From the NCBI GenBank assembly GCA_965228485.1, contig OZ245819.1, positions 1,080,001-1,112,000 of the forward strand: a stretch of 32,000 bases of DNA. Reading direction: 5' to 3'. A program made the translations under genes and the position numbers. The notes beneath the pieces were generated by a model. The model was given only the letters and a program-made list of their open reading frames with translations, searched no databases and was not told where the DNA came from. The first letter of the stretch is position 1. The number at the start of each line of letters is the position of its first letter. Source of the DNA: Candidatus Saccharimonadota bacterium. Lineage in GTDB: Bacteria > Patescibacteriota > Gracilibacteria > UBA4473. Shown here one piece after another: positions 7,929-15,681 of this stretch.

Positions 7929-8561
7929 TTATTGTTGGTTCAAAAAAGTTTCTTGAGTTTTTGCAAGTGCTGTATCTACGAAACAGATTTTGTCTGCGAC
8001 AAGAACGTCTGAAGGGTTTAGGTATTGAGCAAGCAATACATTTACTCCTGGAATGTTTCGTGCTGATTTTTCGAAAACTTCGTCTTTTCCTGGGATGACA
8101 AAAAGGTATTTCTTTCCTTCTGGTAATTTTCCAAGAAGTGAAGCAAAGTCTTTCGTCCTTGGTGCTTCGTATTTAAGCGCCTCAAGTCCAAAGATGTTTT
8201 TTCCTTTAGCTTGTGTAGAAAGTGCAGAGAACAATGCCGCTCTTCGTTCTTTTTTTGGCATAGATTTTGAGAAGTTTCGATCATTTCGTGGACCGTGTGT
8301 TACTCCTCCTCCTCGAAGGATATTTGTACTTCGTGCCCCTCTACGAGCGTTACCAGTTCCTTTTTGTCGGAACATTTTCTTCGTAGAGTAAGCTACTTCT
8401 CCTCGAGTTAGTGTGTGAGCGATAGGATTTCGAGCATTTGCATTTCTCATAACGATAGCTCTATGCATTAGATCTGGATTGATCTTAGCTTCAAACATAT
8501 CTTTATTTAGCTCAACAGAACTCTTCTTTTCACCGTTAGCGTTATAAATATCAACTTTCAT
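7929..8561 (-). CDS. rplD: 50S ribosomal protein L4
   Basis: 'QKGTGNARRGARSTNILRGGGVTHGP'. The start overlaps the rplC stop (TAATG). Confidence 0.96.
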   Translation of the reverse strand: MKVDIYNANGEKKSSVELNKDMFEAKINPDLMHRAIVMRNANARNPIAHTLTRGEVAYSTKKMFRQKGTGNARRGARSTNILRGGGVTHGPRNDRNFSKSMPKKERRAALFSALSTQAKGKNIFGLEALKYEAPRTKDFASLLGKLPEGKKYLFVIPGKDEVFEKSARNIPGVNVLLAQYLNPSDVLVADKICFVDTALAKTQETFLNQQ

Positions 8562-9148
8562 TATGCTTCACGAATAAAGACAAAACTATTTTTTGGCCCT
8601 GGAACAGCACCTTTTAGAGCAATAAGACGATTATTAGCGTCTACTTGCATTACTTTAACTCGGTTAAGAGTTACTTTGTCTGCTCCATATCGTCCTGGAA
8701 GTTTCTTTCCTTTTAAGATTCGGGCAGGCTTAGCACACATCCCAACAGAACCTGGCTCTCGGTGATGATGTGAACCATGCGTTTCTGGACCACGACTAAA
8801 GTTATGTCGTTTAATAACCCCTGCAAACCCCCGTCCTTTTGAGGTTCCAGTAATTTTTACAAATTCTACATCAGCAAAGTCATCAACTTTTACTGTGTCT
8901 CCTTTGTTAATAGATTCACCATCAAGTTGAACCTCTTGGATGAATTTGTAATTCTTGTTAGCATTCTTTCTTTTCTTGTTTCGTTCAAACCCAGCAAGAA
9001 CAGCTGCATCGTAACCATCTTTCTCAGTGGTTTTAACTTGTAGCACCGTGTTCTCTGGAGCTTCCAAAACAGTAACAGGTGTAATTTTTCCTGTTTCTGG
9101 GCAGATTACCCGAGTCATACCGACTTTTTTTGCTAGAATTCCTTTCAT
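8561..9148 (-). CDS. rplC: 50S ribosomal protein L3
   Basis: 'GILAKKVGMTRV...TGTSKGRGFAGVIKRHNF'. Confidence 0.96.
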   Translation of the reverse strand: MKGILAKKVGMTRVICPETGKITPVTVLEAPENTVLQVKTTEKDGYDAAVLAGFERNKKRKNANKNYKFIQEVQLDGESINKGDTVKVDDFADVEFVKITGTSKGRGFAGVIKRHNFSRGPETHGSHHHREPGSVGMCAKPARILKGKKLPGRYGADKVTLNRVKVMQVDANNRLIALKGAVPGPKNSFVFIREA

Positions 9149-9232
9149 GGTTGTAAATCTTATTTCTTAAGAGGTTTTGTTGAGAGGTCGACTTAAACGT
9201 TGCGACATCATTTCTTTTGAAATTCAAATGAT

Positions 9233-9592
9233 TTAGAGCATTTTAATTTCTACATCAACTCCTCCTGGTAGTGAGAGATTTTGCAATGACTCAATTGTTT
9301 GAGGTGTTGGTTCTTTAATATCAATCAATCGTTTGTGTGTTCGGATCTCATATTGATCTCGAGCGTCTTTGTTAACAAAGAATGAACGATTAATAGTATA
9401 TTTTTTAATCTTAGTTGGTAGTGGAACTGGTCCAGAAACAAGTGATCCGTTTCTTTCTGCAGTCTCTACAATTGATTTAGCTGCTTCATCAATGATTGTG
9501 TAATCAAATGAACGAACAATAATTCTTACTCGAGAAGCTGATACTTCTTCTTTTTTTGCCGATTTTTTTCCTGAACTTTTTGTTGTTGCCAT
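9233..9592 (-). CDS. rpsJ: 30S ribosomal protein S10 (with a ~17-aa basic N-terminal extension)
   Basis: 'RVRIIVRSFDYTIIDEAAKSIVETA...GPVPLPT...HKRLIDI'. Confidence 0.96.
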   Translation of the reverse strand: MATTKSSGKKSAKKEEVSASRVRIIVRSFDYTIIDEAAKSIVETAERNGSLVSGPVPLPTKIKKYTINRSFFVNKDARDQYEIRTHKRLIDIKEPTPQTIESLQNLSLPGGVDVEIKML

Positions 9593-9619
9593 CTACCTTT
9601 AATTAAAAAGAGCCAGCGG

Positions 9620-9647
9620 AATATAAAGAAAAGGTGGGGTCTGTCAA
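9620..9647 (-). promoter_or_regulatory. Promoter TTGACA-16-TATATT for the rpsJ operon
   Basis: On the minus strand, TTGACA is the reverse complement of 9642-9647 and TATATT is the reverse complement of 9620-9625. Confidence 0.5.
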
Positions 9648-9654
9648 ATGTTTT

Positions 9655-9683
9655 TTGATTTTGGTTAAAGACTGTGGTATAAT
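9655..9683 (+). promoter_or_regulatory. Promoter TTGATT-17-(TGg)TATAAT for the 9710 gene
   Basis: TTGATT at 9655-9660, then an extended -10 with TGG followed by TATAAT at 9678-9683. A second TATAAT lies at 9688-9693. Confidence 0.5.
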
Positions 9684-9709
9684 GGTCTATAATTACTTTT
9701 AAAAACAAA

Positions 9710-10129
9710 ATGTCAGAAGAAAACACAAATCAAAATTCGGCAGCAGCTGGAAATGAAAGCAATCCACCTCGGGAAGAGAGTGTTGCCCAACAAAAGGCTG
9801 CACAAAAAGAAGCTCAAAAACAAATGGTTGAGCAGGCAGTAATTGACTCTAAAAAGACAGCTGCACAAGAAATGGCTGAGATTGTTCGTTACCCAGCATT
9901 AAAGCTAATTATTCGGTTTGCGAAGATTCTTGCTATTACCTTTGGAGTGATTTTTGCGATTATTGCGATTGTTTCACTTTTTACAGGCGACTCTATTTGG
10001 GAAGGGATTGTAAACTTTGTAGTGTTGCTTTGTCTTGGTGTAGTTTTCTTTGCCCTAACATGGGCTGTTGGAGATGTTTCTCAATTGATGATTGATATTG
10101 AAGAAAATACGCGAAAAAACTCAAAATAG
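9710..10129 (+). CDS. Hypothetical two-TM membrane protein with a disordered Q/A/E-rich N-terminus
   Basis: Two hydrophobic helices ('ILAITFGVIFAIIAIVSLF' and 'FVVLLCLGVVFFALTWAV'). No recognised family. Confidence 0.6.
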   Translation: MSEENTNQNSAAAGNESNPPREESVAQQKAAQKEAQKQMVEQAVIDSKKTAAQEMAEIVRYPALKLIIRFAKILAITFGVIFAIIAIVSLFTGDSIWEGIVNFVVLLCLGVVFFALTWAVGDVSQLMIDIEENTRKNSK

Positions 10130-10154
10130 TTTTTTATAAATAATTTAATAACAC

Positions 10155-10185
10155 AAAAGACCGCTAATTAACGGTCTTTTTTGTT
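10155..10185. terminator. Bidirectional terminator hairpin overlapping the stop of the 10168 gene
   Basis: AAAAGACCG-ctaattaa-CGGTCTTTTTT. Confidence 0.6.
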
Positions 10186-10884
10186 TTTTACTGAAGGAGG
10201 ATCTAAGTATTTTTGAGTTATGATATTATCTTCTTTCTTAACGAAGCAATAATAGTGTCTGATGATTAAATAGCCCCAGAATAAGATGGTAATAAGTAGA
10301 AAACATTCAATCATTTGTTTTAGTGGTTGAATGTGTAAGGGAAGGCCTATGGTATCTACGTCTCCGCAAAGAATATGCATACAGTTTATATTGTCTTTTG
10401 GGCTTCCGAGCCAGTAGCTAATGGGGAGTAATATTGAAAGATAGAAATAATAGAAAAATAAGAATGATTTTATTTTAAGCCCTACTTTCCAAACTCCATA
10501 TCCGGAAAGAGGAATAAGTATTGCATGAGCAACAATCGATAGCACAAGCGTTAACCCATTGAAAAAATTAGGATTCTGTGCATAGGTTTCAAAAAAACTA
10601 AAACGGTTAAGACTGTATTCGCTCCCCAAAATATTGAGAATAAAGTCAAAAATCCAGGCGCTTTGTGCGGGGATAGAGGTGACAAAGACGGCTCCGATTA
10701 AAATAGGGGATCGACGCCAAAAACCTAAAGCAAGTATTAATAATGAGATATTGCAATACCACAGGAATATTTCTGCAAGAGAGTCTCCTTTTATCCAGTA
10801 AAATAGATTAGATTTTACAAGAAAGAAGCTGAGTAATGCGAAAGTTATCCAGCGAGACAATTGCTGATTCTTGTTTGATATCAT
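10168..10884 (-). CDS. Polytopic (about 7-8 TM) membrane protein, unknown family
   Basis: Hydrophobic segments run throughout. The ATG at 10884 overlaps the upstream stop (ATGA). The ORF-track start at 10908 is a TTG that extends into the upstream gene. Confidence 0.65.
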   Translation of the reverse strand: MISNKNQQLSRWITFALLSFFLVKSNLFYWIKGDSLAEIFLWYCNISLLILALGFWRRSPILIGAVFVTSIPAQSAWIFDFILNILGSEYSLNRFSFFETYAQNPNFFNGLTLVLSIVAHAILIPLSGYGVWKVGLKIKSFLFFYYFYLSILLPISYWLGSPKDNINCMHILCGDVDTIGLPLHIQPLKQMIECFLLITILFWGYLIIRHYYCFVKKEDNIITQKYLDPPSVKNKKDR

Positions 10885-11174
10885 TTTTTGCCACCCCCTC
10901 CACCACAAGAGGCAATTTCAAGGTCGTTTGGTGGGTTGTTGAGTGCTTTTTCTGCTTCATTCCTAGTCTTTGTTGGAATAAAATAGGACTTTAAGCCGGT
11001 ATGACGTACTCGTTTACAATCTGAGTGAGCTCTGATTTCTTGGTAAGAAGTTGTTGTTTGAAAGCCTTCATTTTGGGTGTTTATAGCCCAAATTGCTACA
11101 GGGAATCCCAGTAGGACTATGGAAGTTAGCCCAATTATTAAGAGAGATTTGTGTTTGGCTTCTAATTTTTTCAT
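10881..11174 (-). CDS. Small secreted two-cysteine protein; paralog of the N-terminal module of the RCC1 protein at 25350..26615
   Basis: Signal peptide ending 'AIWA|INT'. The mature part aligns ungapped with residues 21-81 of the RCC1 protein. It ends with C-GGGGG-KK. Confidence 0.6.
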   Translation of the reverse strand: MKKLEAKHKSLLIIGLTSIVLLGFPVAIWAINTQNEGFQTTTSYQEIRAHSDCKRVRHTGLKSYFIPTKTRNEAEKALNNPPNDLEIASCGGGGGKK

Positions 11175-11237
11175 GTCCTTATTAGGGTATATGATTGAGT
11201 ATTATCAGGCAATAGGTCTTTTGAGGTTATTATTTTA

Positions 11238-11268
11238 GAAAAAAAACCGCCAATTGGCGGTTTTTTTA
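11238..11268. terminator. Rho-independent terminator downstream of tuf
   Basis: AAAAAAAACCGCC-AATT-GGCGGTTTTTTT. Confidence 0.8.
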
Positions 11269-11288
11269 TTTTGAAAGCAATCTTGTGA

Positions 11289-12479
11289 TTACTTAAGAAT
11301 TTTTGTTACCACTCCGGCACCAACAGTTCGTCCTCCTTCTCGGATCGCGAATCGTGTTCCGTCGTTTAGGGCGATGGCTTTTCCAAGAGTTACTTTGAAT
11401 TTAGCGTTGTCCCCAGGCATAACCATTTCTACTCCGTCTGGAAGATGAACTTCTCCAGTTACATCTGTAGTCCGGATGAAGAATTGAGGTTTGTATCCTT
11501 TGAAGAATGGAGTGTGTCGACCACCTTCTTCTTTTTTAAGTACGTATACTTCCGCTTCAAATTCAGTATGAGGAGTGATTGTTCCTGGCTTAGCAAGAAC
11601 TTGTCCTCGTTCGATATCTTCTCGTTCGATTCCTCGTAGAAGAAGACCTGCGTTGTCCCCAGCTTGACCTTCGTCAAGAAGTTTTCGGAACATTTCTACT
11701 CCTGTAACGGTTGTAGAAGTTGTGTCTTTAAGACCAACGATTTCAACGGTGTCTCCAACTTTAACGATTCCTCCTTCGATACGTCCAGTAGCAACAGTAC
11801 CTCGTCCTTTAATAGAGAATACGTCTTCAATTGGCATTAGGAAATCTTTATCAGTGTCTCGTTTTGGTTCTGGAATTTCAGTATCAAGAGCATCTAGAAG
11901 CTCTTTAACTTTATCTCCCCATTCTCCAGATGGATCTTCAAGAGCTTGAAGAGCTGATCCTCGAATGATTTTTACATCTGAGTACTCTCGTTTTTCTAGT
12001 TCTTCAGTTAGTTCCATTTCAACCAACTCAAGCATTTCTTCGTCATCAACCATGTCACATTTGTTCAGGAAGACAACAATCTTTTCTACTCCTACTTGTC
12101 GAGCAAGAAGGATATGTTCTTTTGTTTGTGGCATTGGACCATCGGTCGCAGCACAAACTAGGATTGCACCGTCCATTTGAGCGGCACCAGTAATCATGTT
12201 TTTTACGTAATCAGCATGCCCAGGACAATCTACATGTGCGTAATGTCGAGCTTCTGTTTCGTACTCTTGGTGAGAAGTTGAGATAGTAATACCTCGAGCT
12301 TTCTCTTCTGGAGCATTATCGATTTGATCGAATGCTACAGAACTGTTACCTGGAAAGTCTGGGTAACGATTTGCAGCGACAGCAGTAATAGCTGCTGTAA
12401 GCGTTGTTTTACCGTGATCCACGTGACCAATGGTTCCCACGTTCACGTGCGGTTTGGTTCTTTGATAAGCATCTGCCAT
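11289..12479 (-). CDS. tuf: Elongation factor Tu
   Basis: '[13 protein letters not shown]', 'DCPGHADY' and 'NKCD' GTPase motifs. Full length, 396 aa. Confidence 0.98.
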   Translation of the reverse strand: MADAYQRTKPHVNVGTIGHVDHGKTTLTAAITAVAANRYPDFPGNSSVAFDQIDNAPEEKARGITISTSHQEYETEARHYAHVDCPGHADYVKNMITGAAQMDGAILVCAATDGPMPQTKEHILLARQVGVEKIVVFLNKCDMVDDEEMLELVEMELTEELEKREYSDVKIIRGSALQALEDPSGEWGDKVKELLDALDTEIPEPKRDTDKDFLMPIEDVFSIKGRGTVATGRIEGGIVKVGDTVEIVGLKDTTSTTVTGVEMFRKLLDEGQAGDNAGLLLRGIEREDIERGQVLAKPGTITPHTEFEAEVYVLKKEEGGRHTPFFKGYKPQFFIRTTDVTGEVHLPDGVEMVMPGDNAKFKVTLGKAIALNDGTRFAIREGGRTVGAGVVTKILK

Positions 12480-12541
12480 TTTAGATGTGGGTTAAAAATT
12501 TTAGTAATATATGTGTACTCAGACACAATTTTACGATCGGA

Positions 12542-12569
12542 ATAGTAGAAGTCCAAGAATTTTTGTCAA
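12542..12569 (-). promoter_or_regulatory. Candidate tuf promoter TTGACA-16-TACTAT
   Basis: On the minus strand, TTGACA is the reverse complement of 12564-12569 and TACTAT is the reverse complement of 12542-12547. Confidence 0.4.
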
Positions 12570-12597
12570 AGTTTTTTTATTGACCATTTTTAGTGTG

Positions 12598-12621
12598 AAA
12601 GTCCTTATGAGTAAAGACTTT
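12598..12621 (-). terminator. 9-bp hairpin just downstream of guaA (possible terminator without a U-tract)
   Basis: The minus-strand RNA folds as AAAGUCUUU-ACUCAU-AAGGACUUU with one G-U pair. No T-run follows, so this is weak. Confidence 0.25.
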
Positions 12622-12640
12622 TATATCAAAAGGTTTTTTT

Positions 12641-14455
12641 TTATTCCCATTCAATTGTTCCTGGGGGTTTGCTCGTTACGTCTAAGAATACAGCTGAAAT
12701 TTCTGTATCTTTGAGTATTTCTTGGGCGGTAGCTTCAAAGAAGTCCCAAGGAAGCTTTCCTACACTGGCACTCATGGCGTCAATGGAATCAATTGGGCGC
12801 AAGATAATTGATTCAATTCCTTTATTATTAAAGTTAATAGGGGCTAAGACAACCGGGAATTGCCAGACATTATTGTATATCCCCATTTCTTGGAGCTTTG
12901 ACATGACAATATGGTCAGCGCTTTGGAGCCTTTTGACTCGGGCGTGATTGATGTCAGATTTTTCAATATTTATGTTATCGATTTTCCCTGTAAAATTTTT
13001 CCCAAGGAGTTTTAAACAACGATTAATTTCGGTGTAGTGATTAATCAACTTTGTTGATAGATTCTCTAGGGCGTTGATGTCTTTTTCTTCAACCGTAAGC
13101 AGTCCTGGGTGTCGATAGGTTCTAAAATCGCCTTGGACCCCTACAGACTTGAGTGGGAGTGTTTGGAATGGCTTTTTGTTGGTTTGAAGGGTGAAGGCAT
13201 TCACTTTATCATGCGTTATTTCGTTAATGTTTTCTTCGGCGCAAAGAATTCGAACGCCAAGCCCAGGTCCAGGGAATGGGTGTCTCCAGACTAGTTCGTG
13301 TGGGAGTCCCATCAGTTCTCCCAAGCGCCGAACTTCGTCTTTATATAGATCGGCTAAGGGCTCAATAACTTTGCCTTCATCAATGAGTTTTTGAATTTCG
13401 GGGACGCGGTTGTGGTGGGTTTTGATTTTTGCTGCATTTTTTGTTCCGCCCGTTTCAATCGTATCTGGATAGATAGTTCCTTGAGCCAAGAGGGTGTTTT
13501 CGTCTAGCTTGTGTGTGTTGAAAAAATCCTTTTGTACATCCAGGAAAGTATTTCCAATGATTTCTCGTTTTTGTTCTGGATCATGAATGCCATTTAGATT
13601 GTTTAAAAATCGTTCGGATTCTCTCATAACCGTAAGGTTTGCTCCGATTTTGGTGAGGGCTTTTTCTACGTATTCAACTTCTCCATGTCGTAGGAGCCCT
13701 GTATCAACAAAGAGTCCTTGGACTCTTTCTGCGCCAAGAATTTTAGAAAGGAGTGCAAAGGCAACGGTTGAATCAACCCCTCCAGAGACAAATAAAACAA
13801 TCTGTTTTTCTCCAATTTGGGCCTTTAGTTTAGTCTGATGTTCTTGATAAAATTTCTCAATCGTCCAGTCACCTTTTAGTTCACAGATATCGATAAAGTT
13901 TTGGAGTAGTTGGCTTCCAAATTCAGAATGGGTGACTTCTGGGTGGAATTGAATCCCGAAAAGATTTTTTTGGGGATGCCAAACTGCCGCATTGGCACAT
14001 AGTTCGGTTGCTCCGCAACCAATAAATCCTTCTCCCAGTTGTGAGACTTCATCTCCGTGGCTCATCCAGAAAGTTGAAGTTTCTGCAATGTCCTTAAACA
14101 GAGGGCATTTGGTGTTATGCGTAAGTTCAGCTCTCCCAAACTCTTTTCCGGCCTCCTGACCTGGAACGACTTTCCCTCCGAGTGATTGATTGAGAAATTG
14201 GTGTCCGTAACAAATCCCGAGAACGGGTTTTCCAAGCTGAAAAATTTCAGGGTCGCAGGCGGCACTGCCTTCGTCGTATACACTTTGTGGTCCGCCCGAA
14301 AGAATAATTCCCTTAATGTTTTCGTTTTTGAAAAAATCAACATTTACTTCATCGGGTTGGTGAATTTCGGCCAAAACGTTTGATCGTCGAATTCTACTCG
14401 CAATAAGGTGCGCGTATTGACCCCCAAAGTCGAGAATGATTATTTTTTCGTGCAT
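12641..14455 (-). CDS. guaA: GMP synthase (glutamine-hydrolysing), long form with a duplicated C-terminal subdomain
   Basis: GATase 'GICYGHQ'/'HPE', PP-loop 'SGGVDSTV', and C-terminus 'SKPPGTIEWE'. It is 604 aa, against the ~520 aa typical of bacteria. Confidence 0.93.
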   Translation of the reverse strand: MHEKIIILDFGGQYAHLIASRIRRSNVLAEIHQPDEVNVDFFKNENIKGIILSGGPQSVYDEGSAACDPEIFQLGKPVLGICYGHQFLNQSLGGKVVPGQEAGKEFGRAELTHNTKCPLFKDIAETSTFWMSHGDEVSQLGEGFIGCGATELCANAAVWHPQKNLFGIQFHPEVTHSEFGSQLLQNFIDICELKGDWTIEKFYQEHQTKLKAQIGEKQIVLFVSGGVDSTVAFALLSKILGAERVQGLFVDTGLLRHGEVEYVEKALTKIGANLTVMRESERFLNNLNGIHDPEQKREIIGNTFLDVQKDFFNTHKLDENTLLAQGTIYPDTIETGGTKNAAKIKTHHNRVPEIQKLIDEGKVIEPLADLYKDEVRRLGELMGLPHELVWRHPFPGPGLGVRILCAEENINEITHDKVNAFTLQTNKKPFQTLPLKSVGVQGDFRTYRHPGLLTVEEKDINALENLSTKLINHYTEINRCLKLLGKNFTGKIDNINIEKSDINHARVKRLQSADHIVMSKLQEMGIYNNVWQFPVVLAPINFNNKGIESIILRPIDSIDAMSASVGKLPWDFFEATAQEILKDTEISAVFLDVTSKPPGTIEWE

Positions 14456-14534
14456 TTGGCATTAATATAAGCAAAAAAATGTTTTTGAAAATCTTGATCT
14501 TCCTCTTTTTGGAATTTCAGTTTAGAATAATAGA

Positions 14535-14732
14535 ATGAAAAAAGGTTATAGAAGATTGGGGTTAATTGGGGGAAGAGATGCTGGATTGGAAATTCAAAGC
14601 TTTGGCACCAAAAAAGAAGTTGTTAGAGGGCCTCTGATTATGAATGGAGACATCGTTGTTGGGTTTGTAGAAAAACGAACAAAAGACCAATCTAGTCGAG
14701 TCGTTGATATGTCAGATGAAGATCTTGATTAA
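14535..14732 (+). CDS. Doubtful 65-aa ORF in the ribD-guaA spacer
   Basis: Only an open frame. It has no SD or promoter and overlaps the ribD 3' end by 41 nt on the opposite strand. Confidence 0.15.
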   Translation: MKKGYRRLGLIGGRDAGLEIQSFGTKKEVVRGPLIMNGDIVVGFVEKRTKDQSSRVVDMSDEDLD

Positions 14733-15672
14733 GGGAAGAGGTCTGTGTAAGTCTAAAATTATCTAATTTTATTTCGGTATTTGTGGTGGATTTTTCTTGG
14801 TGATTTAACAAGTGTGGAGCGATAAAATATTCAATTTGGTCTACAAGTTTTTTCTTAAGCAGTAAGCTATTTAAGGTTGTGCCACATTCGGTCATAATTG
14901 AATCGATATTTTTTTCCCGGCAGAATGCATACAGGTCTCCTAGATTTTTTAGGTAGTAAATTTTTCTACCTGGAATTTGAAAAACTTTGAGATTTTTTGG
15001 CAATTTTTGTTTTCCTAGAATAATTATGACTGGGTTGGAATATGGTCGATGAAATGATTCCAAACGACAATCTAGAAGTGGATCGTCCTTTAAAATAGTT
15101 TTAGTAGTAGTCAGTAAAGCGCTGTATTGGGCTCTCATCTGATGTACAAAATCTCGGGATAGATTATTGGTGATATATTTATCTTTGCTGGTGATTCTTC
15201 CGTTAAGACTTTGAGCTATTTTAAGAGTAATATATGGTTTTTTCTCTGTAATCCAGGTTTTAAAAAAAGGATTTAATTCTTTGCAGGCTTTGTTTGGCAG
15301 ATATTGAATGTCTATTCCGAGTGACTGAAGGTGTTCAATGTTTTGACCTTTGAATTGTGGGTCAAGAGAGCCAACATAAACCTTTTTGGGTTGAAGATTT
15401 AAAAGTAGGTTGGTGCAGCTTGGGGTTTTTTTCCCTGGGAATATATGACAAGGTTCTAAGCTTATGAATACTTCACAATCCTTGTAATCGATATTTTTTG
15501 ATAAGGCTTGGACTTCTGCATGAGCACTACCAAATTTTTCATGGATTCCTTCGGCAACAATTTTATTATCTTTAACAACTATGCATCCAACCCTTGGGTT
15601 AGGACTGGTGAGATGAGGATCAACTTGGTTGGCGACAAAAGCGGCTCTTTCCAGGTAGTCTTGAGGCGTCAT
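14692..15672 (-). CDS. ribD: Bifunctional riboflavin biosynthesis protein RibD (pyrimidine deaminase/uracil reductase)
   Basis: CMP/dCMP-type zinc site 'HAEVQAL...LEPCHIFPGKKTPSC', followed by a reductase-like C-terminal half. The start lies 9 nt after the PBP stop. Confidence 0.88.
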   Translation of the reverse strand: MTPQDYLERAAFVANQVDPHLTSPNPRVGCIVVKDNKIVAEGIHEKFGSAHAEVQALSKNIDYKDCEVFISLEPCHIFPGKKTPSCTNLLLNLQPKKVYVGSLDPQFKGQNIEHLQSLGIDIQYLPNKACKELNPFFKTWITEKKPYITLKIAQSLNGRITSKDKYITNNLSRDFVHQMRAQYSALLTTTKTILKDDPLLDCRLESFHRPYSNPVIIILGKQKLPKNLKVFQIPGRKIYYLKNLGDLYAFCREKNIDSIMTECGTTLNSLLLKKKLVDQIEYFIAPHLLNHQEKSTTNTEIKLDNFRLTQTSSLNQDLHLTYQRLD

Positions 15673-15681
15673 TTCCTGGAT

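Noticed and set aside
9033-9227. 64-aa ORF spanning the rpsJ-rplC spacer
   Set aside because: It overlaps the rplC 5' end in another frame, has low-complexity composition, and has no independent signals. The 84-nt spacer is better read as untranslated operon sequence.
10168-10884. Polytopic membrane protein as a DsbB/VKOR-like oxidoreductase partner for the two-Cys module
   Set aside because: It has no CxxC motif. The only close cysteine pair is C-MHIL-C, and the topology is unknown. The idea is attractive but unsupported by the sequence.
12480-12640. tRNA genes upstream of tuf (as in thrU-tyrU-glyT-thrT-tufB arrangements)
   Set aside because: The 161-nt spacer has no GTTCGAATC-like T-loop, no acceptor-stem pairing and no cloverleaf. 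It contains only a promoter-like TTGACA-16-TACTAT and one hairpin.
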